A stretch of 64,000 nucleotides of DNA from Flaviramulus sp. BrNp1-15. GTDB taxonomy: Bacteria; Bacteroidota; Bacteroidia; Flavobacteriales; Flavobacteriaceae. The stretch is from positions 168,471 through 232,470 of the forward strand of contig NZ_CP092099.1 of the NCBI RefSeq assembly GCF_022259695.1. Direction: 5' to 3'. The notes beneath the pieces were generated by a model, which saw nothing but the letters and a program-made list of their open reading frames with translations, was not told the origin of the DNA and made no database searches. Position numbers and translations under genes: made by a program. Below are positions 51,214 through 61,578 of this stretch, one piece after another; within the stretch, counting starts at the first letter, position 1; each line of letters opens with the position of its first letter.

Positions 51214-52542
51214 TCACTCTTGTTTTGAAGGTAAAATCCAAGGGCTATGTTTTAAGGCTTGCCACTCTACACTTGCCAAATCTATTTCTGGCTTTATTAA
51301 GGGTTTATATGGCTTACCATTAATGCTTACTTTACAATCTACAAATACTGCTACATCTTGTCCTTCTTCACTAAATTTTTGCTTTAGTTTTTGTGCAAAT
51401 TGCCAAATAATATCTGGTTTTGTGCTAGCTGTTCTTTTTTGTTTTTCAGACAGATAATCATCTAACTTAACAACAGTACTTTTGCCTGTGGTTTTATTAT
51501 TAACCCGATATGTAGCATAACCACTTTTAGCTCTTAGCATCATGCGCCATGAAAGCCTGTGACCTTCTTCTGTCCAAAGCACATTATCTTCAAAAAAATG
51601 ATGTCTTAAAGGCAAACCTATTTGAATTAAAAAATAAATTGAAAAAACAATAAATAAAGGTGTTTTTAACTTTGGAATAATAACTTCTTCATCAACATAC
51701 AAAGGCTTCCTTTTTAAAAACAGTTTATTAATAGTTTTGGATTCAAAAAAGAACAATGCAAATGCTAATGACAAATACGGAAATATGCCTATTTGAAGTA
51801 CAAACGAATTAAACAAATGAAAAAAAACAGAAACTATAAAGGCATATTTTCGAGTGGGTTTATAAAGGAGTAAAGGCACTATTAAACCGTCAAACAAAAT
51901 ACCTCCATAAACTAAAATATAATGCACCCATTTTTGTTGAAGCAAGTTCCCAACTAAAACATAGTCTTTTTTACTCTTCATTAATAATTCCACAAATGTA
52001 GTATCTAACCAATCTGGGTAAAACTTAGCTATTGATGCGTAGGTATAAACTATAAAAAGTTGTAAAACAATAACCCATTTACACCACTGCGGCATAGAAA
52101 AACTCTTAATTTCTGGATTGAGTTTTACATCTATTGATGCATATTTGTGAGCGGGAAGAATTACCATTATACTACTTATAAGAATTAATAAATAGTAATG
52201 ATTATTATACGATGATTTTTGCATGAGGTAAGTGGCTGTCCACATTAACGTAAAGCTAATGATGCTTAATCTATATTTATAGCCAACCATAATAAGTAGT
52301 CCAAAAACTCCCATTAAAACATAATAATAATACATGCCATGACCTGGCAGTGGTTGCAACCATTCAAAACCTATAAAAGAAAATGTAAATTCTGGTTCAA
52401 CTAGAGTTCGTTTTACCCAACCTGTAAAAATGGCGCCTACAGATTCTAAAAAACAAAGTGCACCAAAAATGATTCTAAATACTATTAATGCAGAATTATC
52501 AATATGTTTGAACAACCATTTGCTAAGCATGTTGATTTGCAA
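51214..52542 (-). CDS. HTTM (vitamin K-dependent gamma-carboxylase-like) domain membrane protein
   Basis: N-terminal LIVFRIIFGALCFLES HTTM signature; polytopic; 442 aa; overlaps ribF by 20 nt. Confidence 0.6.
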   Translation of the reverse strand: MQINMLSKWLFKHIDNSALIVFRIIFGALCFLESVGAIFTGWVKRTLVEPEFTFSFIGFEWLQPLPGHGMYYYYVLMGVFGLLIMVGYKYRLSIISFTLMWTATYLMQKSSYNNHYYLLILISSIMVILPAHKYASIDVKLNPEIKSFSMPQWCKWVIVLQLFIVYTYASIAKFYPDWLDTTFVELLMKSKKDYVLVGNLLQQKWVHYILVYGGILFDGLIVPLLLYKPTRKYAFIVSVFFHLFNSFVLQIGIFPYLSLAFALFFFESKTINKLFLKRKPLYVDEEVIIPKLKTPLFIVFSIYFLIQIGLPLRHHFFEDNVLWTEEGHRLSWRMMLRAKSGYATYRVNNKTTGKSTVVKLDDYLSEKQKRTASTKPDIIWQFAQKLKQKFSEEGQDVAVFVDCKVSINGKPYKPLIKPEIDLASVEWQALKHSPWILPSKQE

Positions 52543-53458
52543 TATAATCCATTGCGATTTGTTTATCTTTTGCTAATTGAAATTTTAGAGCTTCAACCGA
52601 TTCGAATTTGCTTTCATCACGAATTCGATGCAATAATTCTATCTGAATTTCTTTACCATAAATATCGGTATCAAAATTAAAAAAATGAACCTCTATGGTT
52701 TGTGTACTACCATTTACTGTAGGATTTACACCAATATTCATCATTCCGTAAACAACTTTATCATCAATTAAAGCCTTTACAATATAAGCGCCTTGTTTTG
52801 GTATAATTTTATAATCTTCTCTTATATGAATATTAGCGGTAGGGTATTGTATTTTTTTACCTAAGCCTTTACCCTTAACAACAGTTCCGTTAAGCATAAA
52901 ATTATAGCCTAAAAACTTATTAGCTTTAGTAATATTACCTTCTAATAAAGCTTTTCTAATTTTTGTTGAACTTACAGAAACATCATTTATGTCTTGAGCC
53001 GAAATTTCTTCAACTTCAAAACCATAGGTTTCTCCAAAGACTTTTAAATCGTTAATATCTGCTTTTCTGTTTCTACCAAATCTGTGATCGTAACCAATAA
53101 TTACTTTTTTTGCATTTAATTTTTCAACTAAAATTTGCTTTACAAAATCTTCTGCAGAAAGCCTGGAGAATTCTCTAGTAAACTCTTTAATGAGTAAGTA
53201 ATCTAATCCTAAAGCGTCTAAAATTGCATAACGTTCATCAATAGTATTGATTAACTTAATATTGGAGTCTTTTTGCAACACCATACGCGGATGGGGAAAG
53301 AAAGTTAGTATTACAGATTTTAAGCCTTCTAATTTTCCTGTATTAATTAAACGCTTAATTATTTTTTGATGTCCAAAATGTACACCATCAAAAGTACCAA
53401 TGGTAACAACTGTTGGCTCGTTAGACTTGTAAGTTTCAATATTTTTTGCTTTGCTCAT
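52523..53458 (-). CDS. ribF: bifunctional riboflavin kinase / FAD synthetase
   Basis: GTFDGVHFGHQ nucleotidyltransferase motif and C-terminal riboflavin kinase domain; 311 aa. Confidence 0.9.
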   Translation of the reverse strand: MSKAKNIETYKSNEPTVVTIGTFDGVHFGHQKIIKRLINTGKLEGLKSVILTFFPHPRMVLQKDSNIKLINTIDERYAILDALGLDYLLIKEFTREFSRLSAEDFVKQILVEKLNAKKVIIGYDHRFGRNRKADINDLKVFGETYGFEVEEISAQDINDVSVSSTKIRKALLEGNITKANKFLGYNFMLNGTVVKGKGLGKKIQYPTANIHIREDYKIIPKQGAYIVKALIDDKVVYGMMNIGVNPTVNGSTQTIEVHFFNFDTDIYGKEIQIELLHRIRDESKFESVEALKFQLAKDKQIAMDYIANQHA

Positions 53459-53541
53459 TTAATATTCAAAATTGTATAAATGACTTAAAAAAGTTAGATT
53501 TGTTAAGTTTAGCATAACAAAATAGCTTCAAAATCTTCTTT

Positions 53542-56364
53542 ATGAAAACAAAACTACATTATGTTTTATCAATTGCAATGCTTTTGTCTGTATTTTCAGT
53601 TAAAGCACAAATTTCTTCATTTAAAGAAGTTAAGACAATTAAAAATTCTAAAGACCTATCCAAATTTAACCTAGACAAAAGTAAAGTTCATTTCTTTGAA
53701 TTAGATAGGAATCTATTTAAAAAAAACACTTTAACTGCTACTTTAAGAGGTTCTCAAAAGAAAAAAAAGAATACTGTTATAACAATTCCGGGAATTAATG
53801 GTACAATGGAATCTTTTAACATTTACGAAGCACCTGTTTTTTCTCATACATTAGCTTTAAAATATCCCAATATCAAATCTTATGTTGGTTATTCAACAAA
53901 TAAAAATGGTGCTAAATTACGAATGAGTATCTCACCTCAAGGAGTGCATACCATGATTACTTTTTTAGATAAATCAACTGTTTTTATGCAGCCTACAAAA
54001 AAAGGTTCTAATCAATATGTGGTTTATGATAGAGGAATGAAAGTAAATTCTTTATCTACATTTAAATGTGGAACCATTGAAAGTATTAATCAATTATTTA
54101 ACAAAACAAATACATCATCAAAAATTGATGAGGGTGGCGCTAATAATAAAACCTTACAAAAATTTAGAATAGCTATTTCCACAACTTCAGAATACACAGC
54201 ATACCACGATGATGGGATTTCAGGAAATGGTGACGCAATTAGTGATGCACTTTCTGCTATTAATGTAACTCTTTCTAGAGTAAATGAGGTTTTTGAAACT
54301 GATATGGCAGTTACTTTTGAGTTAGTAGATGCCACTCAATTAATATATAACAATGCGGCAACTGATCCTTATTCAGATGCTAGTATTGGAGCTAATCAAG
54401 ATAATTCGGATGAGCTATTTGGTTGGAGTTTACAATTACAGAATACTTTATCATCCTCCAGCGCATTAGGTAATAATTTAACCGAACGCAACAATGCTTA
54501 CGATATTGGACATTTATTTGGTGATTCAGGAGGAGGAGGAAATGCCGGTTGTATAGGCTGTGTATGTAGTAATGATACAGCTTCTAATGCTGATAAAAAC
54601 AAAGGAAGCGCATTTACATCACCTGCTGACGGTATTCCTGAAGGTGATACTTTTGATATAAATTATGTTGTTCATGAAATAGGACATCAAATGGGTGCTA
54701 ATCATACATGGGCATTTACAACCGAAGGCACTGGTGTAAATTCAGAACCTGGAAGTGGCTCAACAATTATGGCTTATGCTGGTATTACAGGACCTGATGA
54801 TGTTCAGACTAATAGTGATGATTATTTTCATTATCATAGTATTAAACAAATTTTGGATAATTTGAGTACAAAGAGTTGTCAAACTATTGAACCTATTTCC
54901 AATAATCCTCCAATTGCTGATGCTGGTAATAATTACATAATTCCAGCAGGAACTCCATACATACTCAAAGGAACAGCTACCGGTATTGAATCTGGTGAAA
55001 GCTTTACTTACTGTTGGGAACAAATAGATAGTGGCAAAACAGATTATCTGAATTTTGGTCCTGATTTAGTATTAGGCTCTATGAACAGATCTTTACCTCC
55101 TTCATCATCACCAGATAGATATATACCGAGATTAAGTAGCGTTCTAAATGGTAATATTACACAAACTAACCCTGGTCTTGGTAGCGACTGGGAAACTGTT
55201 GCAAATGTTGATCGAATTTTAAATTGGGCATTAACCGTAAGAGATAGAGAACCAATCGCAACAGGTTTAGGTGGACAATCTAGCTATGATACTATGCAAA
55301 TTCAAGTTACAGATGGCTCAGTATCCACACCAATAGGACCGTTTATAGTTACTTCGCAAAATAGTTATATTAGTTACCCCATTGGAAGTTCTCAAATGGT
55401 AACATGGGATGTTGCTAATACCAATTTAAGCCCTATAAACACAGCCTTAGTAAACATACGTTTATCCACTGATGGAGGATTAACTTTTCCAACAATATTA
55501 GTATCTAACACAAGTAATGATGGAACAGAGAACATTAATCTTCCAATGGGTGTGTCAGCTCCTTTTTGCAGAATTATGGTAGAACCTGTTGGAAATATTT
55601 ATTACGGCGTTAACAGTACGGATTTTTCAATTGGTTATACCGTTTCAACAACCTGTAATCAGCAATTTAGTTCTAATTCTAATTTAAACATAAGTATTCC
55701 AGATGAAGGGACAACCAATGATATTATTAATGTCCCCGTTAACGGTGTTATTAGTGATGTTAAAATAAATGTTGATGTAACACACTCTTTTATAAGTGAT
55801 TTAACACTAACTTTAACACACCCTAATGGCACAACAAGCACTGTTGTATGGGAAGAAAATTGTTTTATTAATACAGGCTATGAAGATTTTGATATTATAT
55901 TTGAAGATGGGGCTTCGGCTGTAGTTTGTGCATCACCTACTACAGGAACTTATATTCCTGCAAATTCATTAAGCATTTTTGATGAATTAGAAAGCTCAGG
56001 AGATTGGACCTTAACAATTTCTGATGGTTTTCAATTCGATACTGGAAATTTAAATGATTGGTATTTAGAATTTTGTCTTAAAACTGTTACTCTTAGTAGT
56101 TCAAATGATATTGAATTTTCTGAGTTCAAAGTTTACCCAAACCCAAACAACGGAGAATTTACTCTTAAGTTGAATATTAATTCATCTAATACTATTAATG
56201 TTGAAGTTTATGATTTAAGAGGGCGAATAATTCACAAAAAAACTTTTGAAAATACAGGAGATTTTAATAAAAAAATAACCTTAAACGACATTCAATCTGG
56301 CATGTATATTTTAAGTGTTAGTGACGGTATAAGAAAATCTACAAAGAAAATTGTAATAGAATAA
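53542..56364 (+). CDS. secreted zinc metalloprotease (metzincin HExxHxxGxxH) with proprotein-convertase P-domain and T9SS C-terminal sorting domain
   Basis: Signal peptide, HEIGHQMGANH, a P-domain-like segment, and a C-terminal YPNPNNGEF...KIVIE T9SS type-A tail; 940 aa. Confidence 0.75.
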   Translation: MKTKLHYVLSIAMLLSVFSVKAQISSFKEVKTIKNSKDLSKFNLDKSKVHFFELDRNLFKKNTLTATLRGSQKKKKNTVITIPGINGTMESFNIYEAPVFSHTLALKYPNIKSYVGYSTNKNGAKLRMSISPQGVHTMITFLDKSTVFMQPTKKGSNQYVVYDRGMKVNSLSTFKCGTIESINQLFNKTNTSSKIDEGGANNKTLQKFRIAISTTSEYTAYHDDGISGNGDAISDALSAINVTLSRVNEVFETDMAVTFELVDATQLIYNNAATDPYSDASIGANQDNSDELFGWSLQLQNTLSSSSALGNNLTERNNAYDIGHLFGDSGGGGNAGCIGCVCSNDTASNADKNKGSAFTSPADGIPEGDTFDINYVVHEIGHQMGANHTWAFTTEGTGVNSEPGSGSTIMAYAGITGPDDVQTNSDDYFHYHSIKQILDNLSTKSCQTIEPISNNPPIADAGNNYIIPAGTPYILKGTATGIESGESFTYCWEQIDSGKTDYLNFGPDLVLGSMNRSLPPSSSPDRYIPRLSSVLNGNITQTNPGLGSDWETVANVDRILNWALTVRDREPIATGLGGQSSYDTMQIQVTDGSVSTPIGPFIVTSQNSYISYPIGSSQMVTWDVANTNLSPINTALVNIRLSTDGGLTFPTILVSNTSNDGTENINLPMGVSAPFCRIMVEPVGNIYYGVNSTDFSIGYTVSTTCNQQFSSNSNLNISIPDEGTTNDIINVPVNGVISDVKINVDVTHSFISDLTLTLTHPNGTTSTVVWEENCFINTGYEDFDIIFEDGASAVVCASPTTGTYIPANSLSIFDELESSGDWTLTISDGFQFDTGNLNDWYLEFCLKTVTLSSSNDIEFSEFKVYPNPNNGEFTLKLNINSSNTINVEVYDLRGRIIHKKTFENTGDFNKKITLNDIQSGMYILSVSDGIRKSTKKIVIE

Positions 56365-56397
56365 AATAAAAAAAGAGGAGCATGAAACTTCTCTTTT

Positions 56398-56964
56398 TTA
56401 TTTACCATTAAATGTATTCATGGTAATATTAACTCCTGCTAGTGCAAAGGACTTTATAAGGTCTACAGATTTATCTAATCGCTCTTTTAGGTTTTTATTT
56501 TCTTCATCTGTCCATTCTCCTAAAACATAGTCTATTTGTTTTCCTTTGTTAAACGCATCACTAATTCCAAATCTAAATCGGTTATATTTTGTAGTATTTA
56601 GTTTATCTTGAATATCTTTTAAACCGTTATGCCCACCATCGCTTCCTTTTGTTTTTAACCTTATGCTTCCAAAAGGTAAGTTTAAATCATCGGTAATAAT
56701 TAATAGATTTTCTAACGGTATTTTTTCTTTTGTCAACCAGTATAAAACTGCTTTACCGCTTAAATTCATATAGGTATTCGGTTTTAAAAAGATAAAGGTT
56801 CTTCCTTTTAATTTATAAGTAGTTACGTCTCCTAGTTTTTGAGTTTCAAACGTTAAATTCTCTTGATTAGCAAAATAATCTAACACTTTGAAACCTATAT
56901 TATGACGTGTGTTTTCGTACTTTTCTCCAATGTTTCCTAAACCAACTATTAAATACTTTTTCAT
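56398..56964 (-). CDS. pth: peptidyl-tRNA hydrolase
   Basis: LIVGLGNIGEKYENTRHNIGF signature. Start set at the internal Met (MKKYLIV). Confidence 0.9.
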   Translation of the reverse strand: MKKYLIVGLGNIGEKYENTRHNIGFKVLDYFANQENLTFETQKLGDVTTYKLKGRTFIFLKPNTYMNLSGKAVLYWLTKEKIPLENLLIITDDLNLPFGSIRLKTKGSDGGHNGLKDIQDKLNTTKYNRFRFGISDAFNKGKQIDYVLGEWTDEENKNLKERLDKSVDLIKSFALAGVNITMNTFNGK

Positions 56965-57145
56965 AGAATCTTGTTCTTCTATATGCTTATTTCTATTAAA
57001 CAACTTTCTTAAAAACTGACACATAAAAGTTTCTTTTTTGTAAAAATAAAGAATTTATCAAAGTTGACTATTTCTAACTAAATTGTAGATGTTTTTTGTT
57101 TCGTTTTTTATCTTCTTAGCTCTAAATAAAAATTCTTTTATTTTA

Positions 57146-57210
57146 GATTCCCGATTTCTCGGGAATGACAATTTTAAATGAAACCTCGTTCAAAAAAGTC
57201 CGAGGAGCCT
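57146..57210 (+). repeat. copy 4 of the GGATTCCCG-N6-CGGGAATGACAATTTT repeat plus adjacent second hairpin (CCTCG...CGAGG)
   Basis: AGATTCCCGATTTCTCGGGAATGACAATTTTAAATGAAACCTCGTTCAAAAAAGTCCGAGG. Confidence 0.6.
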
Positions 57211-57274
57211 TTCTTAAATAAAAAAGCATCCTGAATTATACAGAATGCTTTTAATTATTTGATTAAGAATAATT

Positions 57275-57928
57275 CTATTCTTGAGCTGCAGGTGCTTCTG
57301 CTGCTGGAGTTTCTCCTCCTTCAGCTGTTGCTTCTGCTCCTTCTTCTCCTTCTTCTTCTTCATCCTCATCATCAATAATAGCAGTTCTTGCTGTTTTGAT
57401 TTGACAAACTACAGTATTATCTGAGTGTAAGAAAGTATATTTTTCACTTGGTAAATCTCCAACAGCTACCTTATCACCAATTTTTAATGGTGTTATGTCG
57501 ATTTCAATAAAATCTGGTAAGTTTGCTGGTAAAGCTTTTATACGTAACTTTCTATTGTTTCTTCTTAAAACACCACCGTTTTTAACACCTCTTGAATTTC
57601 CAACTAGGTTTACAGGAATATTTAAAGCAATTTCTTTATCTTCAAATAATTGATAGAAGTCTACATGTAAAATTCTGTCTGTAACAGGGTGAAATTGAAT
57701 GTCTTGAAGTACCGCATTTAAGGTTTCTCCATTGTCTAAAGCAATCACAACTGTATGCGCATTTGGCGTGTATACAAGTTTAGAGAAAGCTAATTCTGGT
57801 GCAGAGAAATGCACTGGTTTATCTCCTCCGTATAATACGCAAGGAACCTGACCAGCATTACGTAAGGCTTTTGTTGCTTTTTTGCCCACGCTTTCTCTTT
57901 GAGATCCGTTGATTGTAATTGATTTCAT
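57275..57928 (-). CDS. rplY: 50S ribosomal protein L25 / general stress protein Ctc
   Basis: L25/Ctc N-terminal beta-barrel (VPCVLYGG) and acidic C-terminal tail; 217 aa. Confidence 0.9.
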   Translation of the reverse strand: MKSITINGSQRESVGKKATKALRNAGQVPCVLYGGDKPVHFSAPELAFSKLVYTPNAHTVVIALDNGETLNAVLQDIQFHPVTDRILHVDFYQLFEDKEIALNIPVNLVGNSRGVKNGGVLRRNNRKLRIKALPANLPDFIEIDITPLKIGDKVAVGDLPSEKYTFLHSDNTVVCQIKTARTAIIDDEDEEEEGEEGAEATAEGGETPAAEAPAAQE

Positions 57929-57992
57929 TTTCTATTTATATAATTTAATTAATATTCATTCTTTAATTAACCTTAACATTCATTTGATAAGA

Positions 57993-58934
57993 TTACATAA
58001 CAAATTTTGAACTAATAGATTGATTATTGTGAACCTTATCCATAACATCAGCAAACAAATCTGCACAACTTAAAACCCTAATTTTATCACTTAAAGGTTT
58101 TACTGGAATAGAATCTGTTACTATTAATTCTTCTAATTTAGAGTTATTTATATTATCGTAAGCTTTACCAGATAAAATTGGATGTGTACAAATAGCTCTT
58201 ACACTTAGTGCACCTCGCTCTATCATTAAATCTGCAGCTTTAGTTAACGTTCCAGCTGTATCAACCATATCATCAACTAACACCACATTTTTACCAGTAA
58301 CATCACCTATAAGTTCCATATGCGAAATAATGTTGGCTTTAGCGCGTTGCTTATAACAAATTACCACATCACTTTGTAATGCTTTGGAATAAGCATAAGC
58401 TCTTTTAGAACCTCCCATATCGGGTGAAGCGATGGTTAAATTATCTAAGTTTAAACTTTTTAAATAAGGAAGAAAAATTGTAGATGCAAATAAATGATCT
58501 ACTGGTTTTTCAAAAAATCCTTGTATTTGATCTGCGTGTAAATCCATTGTGATAATACGCGTAGCTCCTGCTGCTTCCAACATTTTAGCAATCAATTTTG
58601 CAGCAATTGGCACTCTAGGTTTATCTTTTCTATCTTGTCTTGCCCATCCAAAATATGGTAAAACTGCTGTAATATGTCTTGCCGAAGCACGTTTTGCCGC
58701 ATCAATCATTAACAACATTTCCATTAAGTTTTCTGGTCCTGGATTAGTAGAACCAATAATGAAAATTCTTGTGCCACGAATAGACTCTTCATAAGATGGT
58801 TGAAACTCCCCATCACTATAAGTAGAAGTAATTACCTTACCTAATTCTGCACCAAATGCCTTAGCTATTTTTTCACCAAGAACCTTACTTTGGGTACATG
58901 CAAAAATTTTAGCTTCTGTTATCACAATTGGCAT
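57993..58934 (-). CDS. prs: ribose-phosphate pyrophosphokinase
   Basis: PRPP synthetase signature (DLHADQIQGFF, VLVDDMVDTAGT); 313 aa. Confidence 0.95.
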   Translation of the reverse strand: MPIVITEAKIFACTQSKVLGEKIAKAFGAELGKVITSTYSDGEFQPSYEESIRGTRIFIIGSTNPGPENLMEMLLMIDAAKRASARHITAVLPYFGWARQDRKDKPRVPIAAKLIAKMLEAAGATRIITMDLHADQIQGFFEKPVDHLFASTIFLPYLKSLNLDNLTIASPDMGGSKRAYAYSKALQSDVVICYKQRAKANIISHMELIGDVTGKNVVLVDDMVDTAGTLTKAADLMIERGALSVRAICTHPILSGKAYDNINNSKLEELIVTDSIPVKPLSDKIRVLSCADLFADVMDKVHNNQSISSKFVM

Positions 58935-59081
58935 AGTTAACTTATTGTTTTAGAGTATACAAACACAGCGTGTTTTTTAACGAGGTGCAAATTTATACAT
59001 TTATTTTAACCTAAAAAGTATATTGACTAGTATTTTTGCGATTAATCTGGAAAAAATATATATTTTTGCTGTCCAAAATTA

Positions 59082-59163
59082 GCTCAAGTGGCGGAATTGG
59101 TAGACGCGCTGGATTCAAAATCCAGTTTCTTCGGAAGTGTGGGTTCGATTCCCACCTTGAGTA
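59082..59163 (+). tRNA. tRNA-Leu (CAA), type II
   Basis: Acceptor GCTCAAG/CTTGAGT, U8, D-arm GCGG..ACGC, anticodon loop TTCAAAA, long variable arm, T-arm GTGGG-TTCGATT-CCCAC. Confidence 0.8.
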
Positions 59164-59168
59164 CAATA

Positions 59169-59208
59169 AAACTCACAATCTTTTTTAGATTATGAGTTTT
59201 ATTTTTTT
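59169..59208 (+). terminator. terminator after tRNA-Leu (also serves the convergent esterase gene)
   Basis: AAACTCACAATC...GATTATGAGTTT hairpin followed by T8. Confidence 0.6.
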
Positions 59209-60341
59209 ACAACCTTAAATAATCTTTCATTTAGTTTAAAAAAATAAATTCCTGTATTTAGTTGAGCAACATCTATTTCTTGTTCAGCTTGAAATGAGTT
59301 AAAATTAAATGAAGAGACTAAAGCTCCAAAAACTGAATAAATTTTAACTCTTTTAGCTTTTAATCTCTCATTATTAAAACACAAAATATTATTCACTGGG
59401 TTAGGGTATACTTTAATAAACTTATTTTCAATAGAATTTGAATTAGACAAACTATTTATAAAAACATATTGTAAAGCATCATTTGCCATTTGTTGCGCAT
59501 TATGACTAACTCCTGATACTTCTTGCTTTTCCCAATTAAAAGGAACAGACATAGTTTGGGAAGTTGATTGACTGGTATCAAAAAAATACTGCCCTCTTAG
59601 ATACCTGTTTAACCCTTGTTGATTATCAACAATTGAATTATGTCTTAATCCAGCTGAATTTTGATTAGTATCATCTTGCCCTAAATGAATAATCAATTTT
59701 TTAGCAAAGGCATCTGGTAATGTTGTGTTAGATAATTGCCCATTTTTAATCCCATACGGAAAATTTACAGTGTTTTCTGGAACTGTGTACCAACCTGCAT
59801 TTGAACAAACAGCAATTTCTAATTTACTATTAGGCATATACATGACAAAACGATGTAAAAATTGAGCGCCACCAGAATGTCCCCATGCTTTGTATGTTTC
59901 TTGTGTTCCGGAAATATCAGCTTTTATATATTCAAATAAAGAATCTATAAAAGAAAATGTCCATTCATTTTGGTTATTTAAAGTTCCCAAACTTGGGTTG
60001 TCTCCATCATCAAAAATATTTGCCAATTGATATTTATCTCCTCCAGGATAATTACTATCTGAGAATTCTGGAGCAAACACCATAAATTCGTTCACATTTG
60101 CCATATTTATCCAATAATCTCTATAATCAGAAGCATTTCTATTCGCACCATGAAAAGACATAACTATTGGCATTACAGTGATATCTCCTTCTGGGATGTG
60201 ATAGAACACCTCAACAGTTTTTGTGTTTAAAGGGTTTTCTGGTGTATAAATAAAAGAACTTGTAGTATTAGAATTTAAATTCTGACCAAAACTTAATAAT
60301 GAAAAGAATATAAAACCAAATTCTATTTTAAGGTTTTTCAT
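59199..60341 (-). CDS. secreted alpha/beta-hydrolase (esterase / PHB-depolymerase-like) with T9SS C-terminal sorting domain
   Basis: Signal peptide; GHSGG nucleophile elbow; C-terminal KVYPNPVNN...FKVVKK T9SS tail; 380 aa. Confidence 0.6.
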   Translation of the reverse strand: MKNLKIEFGFIFFSLLSFGQNLNSNTTSSFIYTPENPLNTKTVEVFYHIPEGDITVMPIVMSFHGANRNASDYRDYWINMANVNEFMVFAPEFSDSNYPGGDKYQLANIFDDGDNPSLGTLNNQNEWTFSFIDSLFEYIKADISGTQETYKAWGHSGGAQFLHRFVMYMPNSKLEIAVCSNAGWYTVPENTVNFPYGIKNGQLSNTTLPDAFAKKLIIHLGQDDTNQNSAGLRHNSIVDNQQGLNRYLRGQYFFDTSQSTSQTMSVPFNWEKQEVSGVSHNAQQMANDALQYVFINSLSNSNSIENKFIKVYPNPVNNILCFNNERLKAKRVKIYSVFGALVSSFNFNSFQAEQEIDVAQLNTGIYFFKLNERLFKVVKK

Positions 60342-61559
60342 TTAAAAAATTATTTGAAAAACCAATTCCCCAATGGTTTGGTTATTTCCTTGGGCTAAAT
60401 CAATAGTTGTTAAGGAAGCTTGCATTTTTAGATTGTTATTATCAAAATATTTTGTTATTCCGAAAGTATAACTACTTGCATCACTTAATATTGAATTTAA
60501 GTTAGATTCAAACTCAGGTGTTGCACTTTCGTATCTAAAATCAACACTAAACCCTTTTTCGGTTACATATCCTGCTTGAACGTTATAACTATCACCTAAA
60601 ACTAAATATTCACTAATTTGTTGAGGAGCTAAAACTGTTAGAGCAGTTTCATCAACATAAACCAAATCTAAACCTTCTGCACTGGCATTAGCATATTCTG
60701 CCAACAATGAAAATCCTTTATATTTTAATAATACATCTATATACATTTGAGAATAATCGGGTAAATCATTTTTTCCGTTTGCATCATATAAAAAGAAATT
60801 ACCATGACCTTCGCCAACTGCATGACTTGCTCCTTTATTTTTACTTGCAGCAGCACCAATGACTAGTTTTAAGTTTTCTTCATGAGCTAAATCTGCACTA
60901 AATAAGTCATTTCCTTGAGTAAAAAATCCTAAGGGATAAATATCTAAACGACCACCAATTTTTAAACCTCCTAAATCTGAATCACGAGAATCGCCACCAA
61001 ATGAATTTCTTCCGTCTCCAGAAGTTATTGCAAGCATTGGTGCTATACCAAACTTATTTCCAAATTTTGTTTCTACAAACAATCCAAATTCTCTCCCCGT
61101 ATTGCTTAAATTTTGGCTTAATAAACTTCTATCTGTAAACTGTAACCTGTCTTCTCTATATGTCATTTCTCGATTGTTTACAAACGTTTGTTTTTGACCA
61201 ACAGTTACAATTGTGTTTTTAAATGGATGATAAGCTAACCAAGCATCTAATAATGGTTGCGATTTACTGTAATCTGTTTGAATTAGAAAACTTACTTTTT
61301 CTTTTACTGCTTTTCCGCTAATGATTAAAAACGCATTTTTAGCATTGAATTCATTATCTGCATCGGCTCCTTTCACTTTTGAATAATTAAAAGCTGGTTG
61401 TATAAACCCCCCAAAATTAAATTGATAATCCCCTTCGTTAAAAGAGAAATTTAATCCGCTTCCAAGTTCAAAGCTTGCAACGTTTTTATCTTTGTTTTCT
61501 TGCGCACTTAATAGTAATGATATACAGAAAAATATACTAAATAATGATACCTTTTTCAT
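60342..61559 (-). CDS. outer-membrane porin-like protein (phosphate-selective porin O/P-like)
   Basis: Signal peptide, beta-strand periodicity and C-terminal Phe. It is a paralog of the ORF at 63113. Confidence 0.5.
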   Translation of the reverse strand: MKKVSLFSIFFCISLLLSAQENKDKNVASFELGSGLNFSFNEGDYQFNFGGFIQPAFNYSKVKGADADNEFNAKNAFLIISGKAVKEKVSFLIQTDYSKSQPLLDAWLAYHPFKNTIVTVGQKQTFVNNREMTYREDRLQFTDRSLLSQNLSNTGREFGLFVETKFGNKFGIAPMLAITSGDGRNSFGGDSRDSDLGGLKIGGRLDIYPLGFFTQGNDLFSADLAHEENLKLVIGAAASKNKGASHAVGEGHGNFFLYDANGKNDLPDYSQMYIDVLLKYKGFSLLAEYANASAEGLDLVYVDETALTVLAPQQISEYLVLGDSYNVQAGYVTEKGFSVDFRYESATPEFESNLNSILSDASSYTFGITKYFDNNNLKMQASLTTIDLAQGNNQTIGELVFQIIF

Positions 61560-61578
61560 GTGTTTGTTTTTTGCTTAA

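Noticed and set aside
34981-58794. Assorted 60-130-aa ORFs antisense to lysC, the OlsF-like gene, TauE, mgtE (2), DUF4286, the metalloprotease (3) and prs
   Set aside because: Each is wholly contained on the opposite strand of a confidently assigned gene.
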